A model generated the notes under the pieces. That model searched no databases, was not told the origin of the DNA, and saw only the letters and a program-made list of their open reading frames with translations. The translations under genes were made by a program, and so were the position numbers. This document shows, piece after piece, positions 52,002-64,000 of a stretch of 64,000 nt of DNA. Origin of the DNA: Eledone cirrhosa (Eukaryota); the NCBI GenBank assembly GCA_964016885.1, contig CAXHJY010001451.1, forward strand, positions 1-64,000, read 5' to 3'. Numbering within the stretch: the first letter of the stretch is position 1; each line of letters starts with the position of its first letter.

Positions 52002-52161
52002 ACACGTATCACATGTTTCTACAAGCACAAACACGTATATATACACACACACGTGTGTGTATGTGTGCGTGTGTGTGTGTGTATACACTATAAGAGAATA
52101 TATACATATATATAGTCTGGTACCCAGGTATGAAGTAGGTCAGCCTTTGACCTATATACAT

Positions 52162-52224
<63 letters not shown>

Positions 52225-52359
52225 AATAAATATATATATATACATATATATATATATAAATAAATAAATATATATACATATATATATATATAAATAAATA
52301 AATATATATACATATATATATATACATATATATACATATATATATATATAAATAAATAA

Positions 52360-52413
<54 letters not shown>

Positions 52414-52491
52414 GAGAGAACGAGATAAGATGTATTTGTTAGCTCTAGTCTAACAAATACACCCCTAACTACATCACAGTCTACTTAATAA

Positions 52492-53290
52492 TATATACAC
52501 CAGTATATATATATATATATACACACCAGTATATATATATATGCACCAGTATACATATATATACACCAGTATAAATATATATGCACCAGTATACATATAT
52601 ATGCACCAGTATATATATATATGCACCAATATATAAATATATATGCACCAATATATAAATATATATGCACCAATATATAAATATATATACACCAGTATAA
52701 ATATATATACACCAGTATAAATATATATGCACCAGTATACATATATATGCACCAATATATAAATATATATACACCAGTATACATATATATACACCAATAT
52801 ATAAATATATATACACCAGTATACATATATATATATACACCAGTATAAATATATATGCACCAGTATATAAATATATATACACCAGTATACATATATATAC
52901 ACCAATATATAAATATATATACACCAGTATATAAATATATATACACCAGTATAAATATATATACACCAGTATACATATATATACACCAGTATACATATAT
53001 ATGCACCAATATATAAATATATATGCACCAGTATACATATATATACACCAATATATATATATATATACAGCAGTATACATATATATGCACCAGTATACAT
53101 ATATATACACCAATATATAAATATATATACACCAGTATACATATATCTACACCAATATATAAATATATATACACCAGTATATATATATATATATATACAC
53201 CAATATATAAATATATATACACCAGTATACATATATATGCACCAGTATACATATATATGCACCAATATATAAATATATATACACCAGTAT

Positions 53291-53331
<41 letters not shown>

Positions 53332-53340
53332 TACCAGTAT
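52492..53340. repeat. AT-rich ~18-22-bp minisatellite (atatatacaccagtatac)
   Basis: Directly visible. Confidence 0.85.
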
Positions 53341-53394
53341 CGTTATACATCGCTAAGCAATTAACAAATTAAAGAATTATTTAATTAAGAATAA

Positions 53395-55200
53395 GGGGGG
53401 TGGATTGGCAGTTTCGATAGAGGGTTGGACGCCATCCTTTGCAGCATAGAGTTACGGCCCTTTATCGCCTGAGTTCAAATCCCACCGAGGTTGACTTTGC
53501 CTTTCATCCTTACGGGGTCGATAAAATAAAGTACCAGTAATACACTGGGGGTAATTGCTGGCCTTGTGCCCCCAAAAGTAGAAACAATTATTATGGGGTC
53601 GATAAAATAAAGTACCAGTAATACATTGGGGTAATTGCTGGCCTTGTGCCCCCAAAAGTAGAAACAGTTATTACAGGGTTGATAAAATAAAGTACCAGTA
53701 ATACACTGGGGTAATTGCTGGCCTTGTGCCCCTAAAAGTAGAAACAGTTATTACAGGGTTGATAAAATAAAGTACCAGTAATACACTGGGGTAATTGCTG
53801 GCCTTGTGCCCCCAAAAGTAGAAACAGTTATTACAGGGTCGATAAAATAAAGTACCAGTAATACACTGGAGTAATTGCTGGCCTTGTGCCCCCAAAAGTA
53901 GAAACAGTTATTACAGGGTCGATAAAATAAAGTACCAGTAATACACTGGGGTAATTGCTGGCCTTGTGCCCCCAAAAGTAGAAACAGTTATTACAGGGTT
54001 GATAAAATAAAGTACCAGTAATACACTGGGGTAATTGCTGGCCTTGTGCCTAAAGTAGAAACAATTATTATCCATACGGGGTCGATAAAATAAAGTACCA
54101 GTAATACACTGGGGTAATTGCTGGCCTTGTGCCCCCAAAAGTAGAAACAGTTATTACAGGGTTGATAAAATAAAGTACCAGTAATACACTGGGGTAATTG
54201 CTGGCCTTGTGCCTAAAGTAGAAACAATTATTATCCATACGGGGTCGATAAAATAAAGTACCAGTAATACACTGGGGTAATTGCTGGCCTTGTGCCCCCA
54301 AAAGTAGAAACAGTTATTACAGGGTTGATAAAATAAAGTACCAGTAATACACTGGGGTAATTGCTGGCCTTGTGCCCCCAAAAGTAGAAACAGTTATTAC
54401 AGGGTTGATAAAATAAAGTACCAGTAATACACTGGGGTAATTGCTGGCCTTGTGCCCCCAAAAGTAGAAACAGTTATTACAGGGTTGATAAAATAAAGTA
54501 CCAGTAATACACTGGAGTAATTGCTGGCCTTGTGCCCCCAAAAGTAGAAACAGTTATTACAGGGTCGATAAAATAAAGTACCAGTAATACACTGGGGTAA
54601 TTGCTGGCCTTGTGCCCCCAAAAGTAGAAACAGTTATTACAGGGTTGATAAAATAAAGTACCAGTAATACACTGGGGTAATTGCTGGCCTTGTGCCTAAA
54701 GTAGAAACAATTATTATCCATACGGGGTCGATAAAATAAAGTACCAGTAATACACTGGGGTAATTGCTGGCCTTGTGCCCCCAAAAGTAGAAACAGTTAT
54801 TACAGGGTTGATAAAATAAAGTACCAGTAATACACTGGGGTAATTGCTGGCCTTGTGCCTAAAGTAGAAACAATTATTATCCATACGGGGTCGATAAAAT
54901 AAAGTACCAGTAATACACTGGGGTAATTGCTGGCCTTGTGCCCCCAAAAGTAGAAACAGTTATTACAGGGTTGATAAAATAAAGTACCAGTAATACACTG
55001 GGGTAATTGCTGGCCTTGTGCCCCCAAAAGTAGAAACAGTTATTACAGGGTTGATAAAATAAAGTACCAGTAATACACTGGGGTAATTGCTGGCCTTGTG
55101 CCCCCAAAAGTAGAAACAGTTATTACAGGGTTGATAAAATAAAGTACCAGTAATACACTGGGGTAATTGCTGGCCTTGTGCCTAAATTAGAGACAATTAT
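53395..55200 (+). mobile_element. Meta-like SINE with ~21 tail repeats (80/83 bp, higher-order 646-bp period)
   Basis: Single head; near-TSD ttattta(a/t)ttaagaat on both sides; identical ORFs offset by 646 (54068/54714). Confidence 0.85.
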
Positions 55201-55249
55201 TTATTTAAGAATTACTTTTAACATACTAATTACTTCTATAAATACAATA

Positions 55250-55658
55250 ATTATCTCTAGTATAGGAACAAGGCCAGCAATTTTGAGGGAGAGTAAAGTC
55301 GATTAAATGGACCCCAGTGCATGTCTGGTATTATTATTTTTTTTTTTTTTTTTTTTTCGACCCCGTAAGGATGAAAAGCAAAGCTAACCTCGGCGGGATT
55401 TGAACTCAGAACATAAAGGGTCGTAACTCTATGCCACAAAGTATGCACGACCCTCTACTGATACAGCCAATCCAATGATTTCTACTGTAGGCACAATGCC
55501 AGCAATTTTAAGGGAGGAGGAAAGTACCCCTAGCCCTTGTAAGGGCATTTTTCTAGAAGGCAACTTTTTTTTTTTGACCCCGTAAGGAAGAAAGGCAAAG
55601 CTAACCTCGGCAGGATTTGAACTCAGAACATAAAGGGTCGTAACTCTATGCCACAAAG
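55250..55658 (-). mobile_element. Two diverged Meta-like SINEs
   Basis: Reverse-complement B-box GGATTTGAACTC and central domain, twice. Confidence 0.7.
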
Positions 55659-56842
55659 TGGCGAAAGCAAGGAGACGCCTGAGTGAAGACTCCTGGCGAA
55701 AGCAAGGAGACGCCTGAGTGAAGACTCCTGGCGAAAGCAAGGAGGCGCCTGAGTGAAGACTCCTGGCGAAAGCAAGGAGGCGCCTGAGTGAAGACTCCTG
55801 GCGAAAGCAAGGAGGCGCCTGAGTGAAGACTCCTGGCGAAAGCAAGGAGGCGCCTGAGTGAAGACTCCTGGCGAAAGCAAGGAGGCGCCTGAGTGAAGAC
55901 TCCTGGCGAAAGCAAGGAGGCGCCTGAGTGAAGACTCCTGGCGAAAGCAAGGAGGCGCCTGAGTGAAGACTCCTGGCGAAAGCTAGGAGTCGCCTCAGTG
56001 AAGACTCCTGGCGAAAGCAAGGAGGCGCCTGAGTGAAGACTCCTGGCGAAAGCAAGGAGGCGCCTGAGTGAAGACTCCTGGCGAAAGCCAGGAGGAGCCT
56101 GAGTGAAGACTCCTGGCGAAATCCAGGAGGCGCCTGAGTGAAGACTCCTGGCGAAAACCAGGAGGCGCCTGAGTGAAGACTCCTGGCGAAAGCAAGGAGG
56201 CGCCTGAGTGAAGACTCCTGGCGAAAGCAAGGAGGCGCCTGAGTGAAGACTCCTGGCGAAAGCAAGGAGGCGCCTGAGTGAAGACTCCTGGCGAAAGCTA
56301 GGAGGCGCCTGAGTGAAGACTCCTGGCGAAAGCTAGGAGTCGCCTCAGTGAAGACTCCTGGCGAAAGCAAGGAGGCGCCTGAGTGAAGACTCCTGGCGAA
56401 AGCCAGGAGGAGCCTGAGTGAAGACTCCTGGCGAAATCCAGGAGGCGTCTGAGTGAAGACTCCTGGCGAAAACCAGGAGGCGCCTGAGTGAAGACTCCTG
56501 GCGAAAACCAGGAGGAGCCTGAGTGAAGACTCCTGGCGAAAGCAAGGAGGCGCCCGAGTGAAGACTCCTGGCGAAAACCAGGAGGAGCCTGAGTAAAGAC
56601 TCCTGGCGAAAGCCAGGAGGCGTCTGAGTGAAGACTCCTGGCGAAAGCAGGGAGACGCCTGAGTGAAGACTCCTGGCGAAAGCAAGGAGACGCCTGAGGA
56701 AAGACTCCTGGCGAAAGCCAGGAGGCGCTGAGTGAAGACTCCTGGTGAAAGCCAGGAGGCGTCTGAGTGAAGACTCCTGGCGAAAGCAAGGAGACACCTG
56801 AGTGAAGACTCCTGGCGAAAGCAGGGAGGCGCCTGAGCGAAA
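55659..56842. repeat. GC-rich 35-bp minisatellite (~33 units) with a GAAA-capped hairpin
   Basis: Unit gcgaaagcaaggaggcgcctgagtgaagactcctg. Confidence 0.95.
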
Positions 56843-57012
56843 AGGCGAATGAGAGAGAGGGAACTGAAAGTTGTTCGTTTTATAGGGTTCTGCCGGAAGT
56901 GATAAAAAGGGTTATCACCCCAACGGGAAGCAACTCCAACTACTTCCCGTCTAGAGAGCGTTACTCCATTGGTGATGCGAGTGCCACAACAAGGGAGCCA
57001 ACTCCTGCTACA
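56843..57012 (-). promoter_or_regulatory. LTR-U3-like promoter fragment (TGT start, CCAAT, ETS-like CACTTCCGG, TATAAAA, pyrimidine Inr-like)
   Basis: Motifs read directly on the minus strand in canonical order; LTR identity is inferred. Confidence 0.45.
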
Positions 57013-57077
57013 TACTCATACATACACATATATACTTATATATACATATATATACACACACACATATCTTGTGTATA

Positions 57078-57308
57078 TGGTGGCTGCCAACTCGTTTTCG
57101 AGTACGGCCACTACTTTATATCCATGTAGGAGAACCCCTACCGATGCGCTGAACGAGTGTGACTTTTTAGTCCAGCCAGCGACTTGAAAACTCTGGTACA
57201 AACACTACACTTGTGATTTTGGATGGCCATTGACTCTTAAGAGCTCCTTTGCCCTTTGACAGGTTTTGTTTTTAGTCCTGCAGGATGTCCAAAGTCACCC
57301 TCCTCACT

Positions 57309-57344
<36 letters not shown>

Positions 57345-57858
57345 CACTCATACACATATATACATATATATACACACGTATCTTGTGTGTATATATATAT
57401 ACTCATGGTGGCTGCCAACTCGTTTTCGAGTATGGCCACTACTTTATATCCATGTAGGAGAACCCCCACCGATGCGCTGAACGAGAGTGACTTTTTAGTC
57501 CAGCCAGCGACTTGAAAACTCTGGTACAAACACTACACTTGTGACAATTATTGACACATAGTGCTGGGCCCATGGTACCATGTGACGACAAGGGCAGAGA
57601 GATCTCCAGATATAAAGCAATGCCTGTGCCGTGAAGCTTTTATAGTGAGCAAAGGCACTGCACAAAGCCAGTCCCACTCTCTTAACCAAGATGATATTTA
57701 TCAAAAAGAAGAACAAGTCAACATCATTGGATACCATCAGGGTTGCAGGTGTTATATCAGAGTTTTCCTTCTCCTAGAATTCTGCCTTGACAAAGGCTAA
57801 GGGGTCATCTCTCCCGGTGATTTTGGATGGCCATTGACTCTTAAGAGCTCCTTTGCCC
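57078..57858 (-). mobile_element. Two truncated or deleted copies of the 600-bp RTE-like element
   Basis: Reverse-complement matches to 314-920. Confidence 0.8.
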
Positions 57859-58106
57859 TCATACATACATATATACACACATATCTTGTATATATATATA
57901 AATACACATATATATTTATATAGACACACATATCTTGTGTATATATATAAATACTCATACATACACATATGATGGCTGCCCCCTCGTTATCGAGTATGGC
58001 CATTGCACGAGGAGAAAGAAAAAAAAAAAAATAATAATAATAATAATAAATAAATAAATAAAAAGAAAAAAAAAAGAAATATATATATATATATACACAC
58101 ACACAT

Positions 58107-58137
<31 letters not shown>

Positions 58138-58242
58138 TACATTAATAACAATAATAATAATCATAACAACAATAATAATAACGACAACAACAATAATAAT
58201 ATACATACACATATATACTTATATATACACACGTATCTTGTA

Positions 58243-59413
58243 TCATAATCTATAAAGCTCAGTGTGTGGTCATGCTCCTTCGTTATAGAAATCTACGATA
58301 TAGAATTTCTTCAATTGAAATTTACAATTCAGTAATCGAAACAGCTTCGATTGTGTCTTGACACAGATAATTTTTTCAATTTCACCCACAATTACGCAAA
58401 AAATAGATAAAACTCAATATTTTACGATTTTTCTCTCTCATTTAAACTGCTGAACTCTTTCTACTACCATTCAAAATCTATATAACTTCATACTTTCTGC
58501 TACTTTCTCTTTCCAAGCTTGATGGTGATACTGTCCGTTCACACCACTCCCTACTGTCTTAAATTTAGAAAACACATATCTTCTATGAGGTCACTAAACC
58601 TGCTAGAAACAGCAGCTAACTCTTTCCCATATCACACCACTCCCTACTGTCTTAAATTTAGAAAACATATCCTCTATGAGGTTACTAAACCTGCTAGAAA
58701 CAGCAGCTAACTCTCCCCCATATCACACCACTCCCTACTGTCTTAAATTTAGAAAACACATATCCTCTATGAGGTCACTAAACCTGCTAGAAACAGCAGC
58801 TAACTCTCCCCCATATCACACCACTCCCTACTGTCTTAAATTTAGAAAACACATATCTTCTCTGAGGTCACTAAACCTGCTAGAAACAGCAGCTAACTCT
58901 CTCCCATATCAAACCACTCCCTACTGTCTTAAATTTAGAAAACATATCCTCTATGAGGTCACTAAACCTGCTAGAAACAACAGCTAACTCCCTCATACCA
59001 CACCACTCCCTACTGTCTTAAATTTAGAAAACACATCCTGTATGAGGTCACTAAACCTGCTAGAAACAGCAGCTAACTCTCCCCCATATCACACCACTCC
59101 CTACTGTCTTAAATTTAGAAAACACACAGACAACCATGCAGAACAACTCCATCGCAGCTCTGTTGTTCGGCTGGTATCGTCTACGCGCGTGTTGCGCAAG
59201 TACTGTGAAACAATAAATTTCAACACTTTTTTGCACAGAGATAAATATCCATAGGCTTAACTACAATTGTCACTGCTGGCGCAGCTCCTGCTTCCAGGTC
59301 TGCAATTCATTCACCCAGTGCCTGGCAGACAAAAAAGTGCTGCCATAAAATGGGTGGTGCAACCTAACTTTGGTAACTTAATGACCCCGAGCAACGCCGG
59401 GCTTTAGTGTTAG
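58243..59413 (+). mobile_element. Putative non-autonomous Helitron carrying a ~90-bp tandem array (58540-59128)
   Basis: A|TC start; 3' CCCGAGCAACGCCGGG hairpin then TTAG|T (one change from CTAG). Confidence 0.55.
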
Positions 59414-59909
59414 TATATATATAAATACACTCAAACATATACTTATATATACACACATATCTTGTGTATATATATATATATATACTCATACATACACATA
59501 TATACTTATATATACGCACATCTTGTGTATATATAAATACACTCGTACACATATATACTTATATATACACATATATTGTGTGTATATATATATATACATT
59601 CATACATACACATATATACTTATATATACACACGTATCTTGTGTGTATATATATAAATACACTCATACACATATATACTTATATATACAGATATATTGTG
59701 TGTATATATATATACATTCATACATACACATATATACTTATATATACACACGTATCTTGTGTGTATATATATAAATACACTCGTACACATATATACTTAT
59801 ATATACACACGTATCTTGTATATATATAAATACACTCATACATACACATGTTTATATATACACACATATCTTGCGTGAATATATATATACTTATACATAA
59901 ATATATACT

Positions 59910-60975
59910 ATTAGCCGCTAAAGGGTTCTCCCTAAAAAGGAAAGGCAGGCTGTATGATGCTTGCATACGAACAGCAATGCTACATGGCAGTGGGACCTGG
60001 GCATTGTGTGCAGAGGATATACGCAGACTAGAGAGGAACGAAGCTTGCATGCTCCACTGGTTGTGTGATAGTAATATACGTAATCGGCAAAGCATAAACG
60101 AACTAAGGGAGAAATTAGGAATAAGAGGGATCAGATGTTGTTTACTAGAGAGAAAGCTACGTTGGTATGGCCACGTAATGCGCATGAAAGACGACAGCTG
60201 TATAAAAAAGTGCAGGGCAATAAAGATAGACGGTAGCCACGGAGTAGGCAGACCCAGAAAAACCTGGGACGAGCTGATAAATTCCAACCTCACACACTTA
60301 CACCTCTCCAAGACAATGTCACTGGACCGAGATCTTTGGCGGTACTCAGTAATAGAGAAGACCCGCCTTACCTAAGTACAAAGTAAAACCTACTACAGTC
60401 AGTAGGCATCTCTAACAAAACACACCCCCGTCCCACCACCCCGACCCTATCCACACCACCCTTTCAATGTAAAGTTATGTTGGTACCACAAAACCCAGCC
60501 CGAAACAAATGAGGTCGTGTAGGTGTCACGACAAAAAACAGTCCACGCTGTAATGTGGCCGTGTAGGTAACACGGTAAAAACCTCCCAGTCCACACTGTA
60601 AATGTGGTTGGTGTTAGGAAGGGCATCCAGCTGTAGAAAACCCGCCAGACAGTCCACGCTGTAATGTGGCCGTGTAGGTAACACGGTAAAAACCTCCCAG
60701 TCCACACTGTAAATGTGGTTGGTGTTAGGAAGGGCATCCAGCTGTAGAAAACCCGCCAGACAGTCCACGCTGTAATGTGGCTGTGTAGGCAACACGGTAA
60801 AAACCTCCCAGCCCCACACTGTAAATGTGGTTGGTGTTAGGAAGGGCATCCAGCTGTAGAAAACCCGCCAGACAGTCCTATGCGAGCAAGACAACCACTC
60901 TTGCCTCAAGTGGGAAAACTCCCGTCCAAACCCATGTAAGCGTGGAACACGGACGTTAAACGATGATGATGATGA
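59910..60975 (+). mobile_element. RTE 3' fragment (longest copy of second family) + repeat UTR + (GAT)n
   Basis: KGRLYDACIRTAMLHGSGTWA..LERNE..LRWYGHV..EKTRLT*. Confidence 0.9.
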
Positions 60976-61043
60976 TATATACAAACATATCTTGTATATA
61001 TATACACTCATACACATATATACTTGTATATACACACATATCT

Positions 61044-61094
<51 letters not shown>

Positions 61095-61743
61095 TCATAC
61101 ACATATAAATACACTCATACATACACATATATACTTATATATATACACACGTATCTTGTATATATATAAATATACTCATAAATACACATATATACTTATA
61201 TATACACACATATCTTGTGTATATATATACACTCATACACATATATACACACATATCTTGTATATACACTCATACACATATATACACACATATCTTGTAT
61301 ATATATACACTCATACACATATATACTTATATATATACACACATCTTGTGAGTATATATAAATACACTCATACATACACTATATACTTATATATATATAT
61401 ACACATCTTGTATATATATACACTCATACACATATATACTTATATATACACACATATCTTGTATATATATATATACAAACATATCTTGTATATATATACA
61501 CACACATCTTGTATATATATACACTCATACACATATATACTTATATATACACACACATCTTGTATATATATACACTCATACACATATATACTTATATATA
61601 CACACACATCTTGTGTGTATATATAAATAAATATATCTCCAATATCGCACCTGTCTTGTATATATACACCCACCAAATCCTCCCATATATATATACGCAG
61701 ATGACAACACAGCAAACCCCTTAAATATATATATTATACATAC

Positions 61744-61866
61744 TTCGTTATCTGGGACCCAGTTAGGTTCAGGGATAAGAAAGGGGCTGCCAAAGTCGTC
61801 CCTCATTGTAATAATTCGTAAACCACTTTTCGACTTCACCAATCTCTTGTCGCTCGAGTTCGCCAT
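61744..61866 (-). CDS. ZFYVE21: ZFYVE21-like gene, coding exon 1 (MANSSDKRLVKSKSGLRIITMRDDFGSPFLIPEPNWVPDNE)
   Basis: ATG at 61866-61864, 41 codons, then donor GTATGT (phase 0). Resembles the recalled ZFYVE21 N-terminus (KKLVRSPSGLRMV..SPFGLEEPQWVPDKE) and contains the FYVE WxxD motif. Confidence 0.93.
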
Positions 61867-61875
61867 CTTTAAAAT

Positions 61876-64000
61876 CTACTCTGTAACTATTACCCTCTCT
61901 ACTTCCCTATATCTCTTACTCTTTCTCTCTCACTGTAACTATTACCCTCTCTACTTCCCTATATCTCTTACTCTTTCTACCTCTCTGTAACTATTACCCT
62001 CTCTACTTCCCTTCTCTTACTCTTTCTACCTCTCTGTAACTATTACCCTCTCTACTTCCCTATATCTCTTACTCTTTCTACCTCTCTGTAACTATTACCC
62101 TCTCTACTTCCCTATATCTCTTACTCTTTCTACCTCTCTGTAACTATAAACCTCTCTATTTCCCTATATCTCTTACTCTTTCTACCTCTCTGTAACTATG
62201 ACCCTCTCTAACTCAGTATATCTCTTACTACCTCTCTGTAACTATTACCCTCTCTACTTCCCTATATCTCTTACTCTTTCTCTCTCACTGTAACTATTAC
62301 CCTCTCTACTTCCTTATATCTCTTACTCTTTCTCTCTCTCTCTAACTATTACCCTCTCTATTTCCCTATATCTCTTACTACCTCTCTACTTCCCTATATC
62401 TCTTACTCTTTCTACCTCTCTCTAACTATTACCCTCTCTACTTCGCTATATCTCTTACTCTTTCTCTCTCACTGTAACTATTACCCTCTCTACTTCCCTA
62501 TATCTCTTACTCTTTCTACCTCTCTGTAACTATAAACCTCTCTATTTCCCTATATTTCTTACTCTTTCTACCTCTCTGTAACTATTACCCTCTCTAACTC
62601 AGTATATCTCTTACTACCTCTCTGTAACTATTACCCTCTCTACTTCCCTATATCTCTTACTCTTTCTCTCTCACTGTAACTATTACCCTCTCTACTTCCT
62701 TATATCTCTTACTCTTTCTCTCTCTCTCTAACTATTACCCTCTCTATTTCCCTATATCTCTTACTACCTCTCTACTTCCCTATATCTCTTACTACCTCTC
62801 TACAACTATTACCCTCTCTACTTCGCTATATCTCTTACTCTTTCTACCTCTCTGTAACTATTACCCTCTCTACTTCCCTATATCTTTTACTCTTTCTACC
62901 TCTCTGTAACTATTACCCTCTCTATTTCCCTATATCTCTTACTACCTCTCTGTAACTATTACCCTCTCTACTTCCCTATATTTCTTACTCTTTCTCTCTC
63001 ACTGTAACTATTACCCTCTCTACTTCCTTATATCTCTTACTCTTTCTCTCTCTCTCTAACTATTACCCTCTCTATTTCCCTATATCTCTTACTCTTTCTA
63101 CCTCTCTGTAACTATTACCCGCTCTACTTCCCTATACCTCTTACTCTTTCTACCTCTCTGTAACTATTACCCTCTCTACTTCCCTATATCTCTTACTCTT
63201 TCTACCTCTCTGTAACTATTACCCTCTCTACTTCCCTATATTTTTTACTCTTTCTACCTCTCTGTAACTATTACCCTCTCTACTTCCCTATATCTCTTAC
63301 TCTTTCTACCTCTCTCTAACTATAACCCTCTCTACTTCCCAATATCTCTTACTCTTTCTACCTCTCTGTAACTATTACCCTCTCTACTTTCCTATATCTC
63401 TTACTCTTTCTACCTCTCTGTAACTATTACCCGCTCTACTTCCCTATATCTCTTACTCTTTCTACCTCTCTGTAACTATTACCCTCTCTACTTCCCTATA
63501 TCTTTTACTCTTTCTACCTCTCTGTAACTATTACCCTCTCTACTTCCCTATATCTCTTACTATTTCTACCTCTCTCTAACTATTACCCTCTCTACTTCCC
63601 TATATCTCTTACTCTTTCTACCTCTCTCTAACTATTACCCTCTCTACTTCCCAATATCTCTTACTCTTTCTACCTCTCTGTAACTATTACCCGCTCTACT
63701 TCCCTATATCTCTTACTCTTTCTACCTCTCTGTAACTATTACCCTCTCTACTTCCCTATATCTTTTACTCTTTCTACCTCTCTGTAACTATTACCCTCTC
63801 TACTTCCCTATATCTTTTACTCTTTCTACCTCTCTCTAACTATTACCCTCTCTACTTCCCTATATCTCTTACTCTTTCTACCTCTCTGTAACTATTACCC
63901 GCTCTGCTTCCCTATATCTCTTACTCTTTCTACCTCTCTCTAACTATTACCCTCTTTACTTCCCTATATCTTTTACTCTTTCTACCTCTCTGTAACTCAG
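61876..64000. repeat. 52-bp pyrimidine/purine-skewed satellite (~40 units)
   Basis: Unit ctctctgtaactattaccctctctacttccctatatctcttactctttctac. Confidence 0.95.

Noticed and set aside
55659-56842. CRISPR array or tandem hammerheads
   Set aside because: No unique spacers or cas genes, and the context is eukaryotic; CTGAGTGA is not a CUGANGA core and there is no stem II before GAAA.

Overview
Eukaryotic, extremely repeat-rich genomic DNA. The SINE/LINE repertoire and (TA)n load suggest an octopus or other coleoid cephalopod (inference). The whole window is spanned by one minus-strand gene that the ORF track largely misses: a ZFYVE21 (ZF21; FYVE zinc finger plus C-terminal PH-like domain) orthologue. 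I assembled six phase-compatible coding exons by eye (61744-61866, 25853-25903, 19072-19240, 16012-16099, 10620-10717, 1207-1334) plus a candidate frame-preserving 9-nt microexon (8577-8585); the last exon lies left of the window. The introns hold a 5'-truncated but uninterrupted CR1/Jockey-group LINE ORF2, RTE and Tx1/L1-like fragments, two tRNA-like SINE families with expanding VNTRs, two non-autonomous Helitrons, an LTR-like promoter fragment and many satellites, most of them tandemly amplified TE pieces. The most notable hidden signals are: five different type-I hammerhead ribozyme motifs (seven complete copies) in Penelope-like inverted repeats; an HDV-like ribozyme candidate at the exact 5' end of a 600-bp non-autonomous element; inverted RTE-VNTR elements bracketing exons 3-4 (circRNA/ADAR geometry); and two independent satellites made from the same LRWYGHV segment of RTE ORFs. 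Most long ORFs in the track are repeat artefacts.
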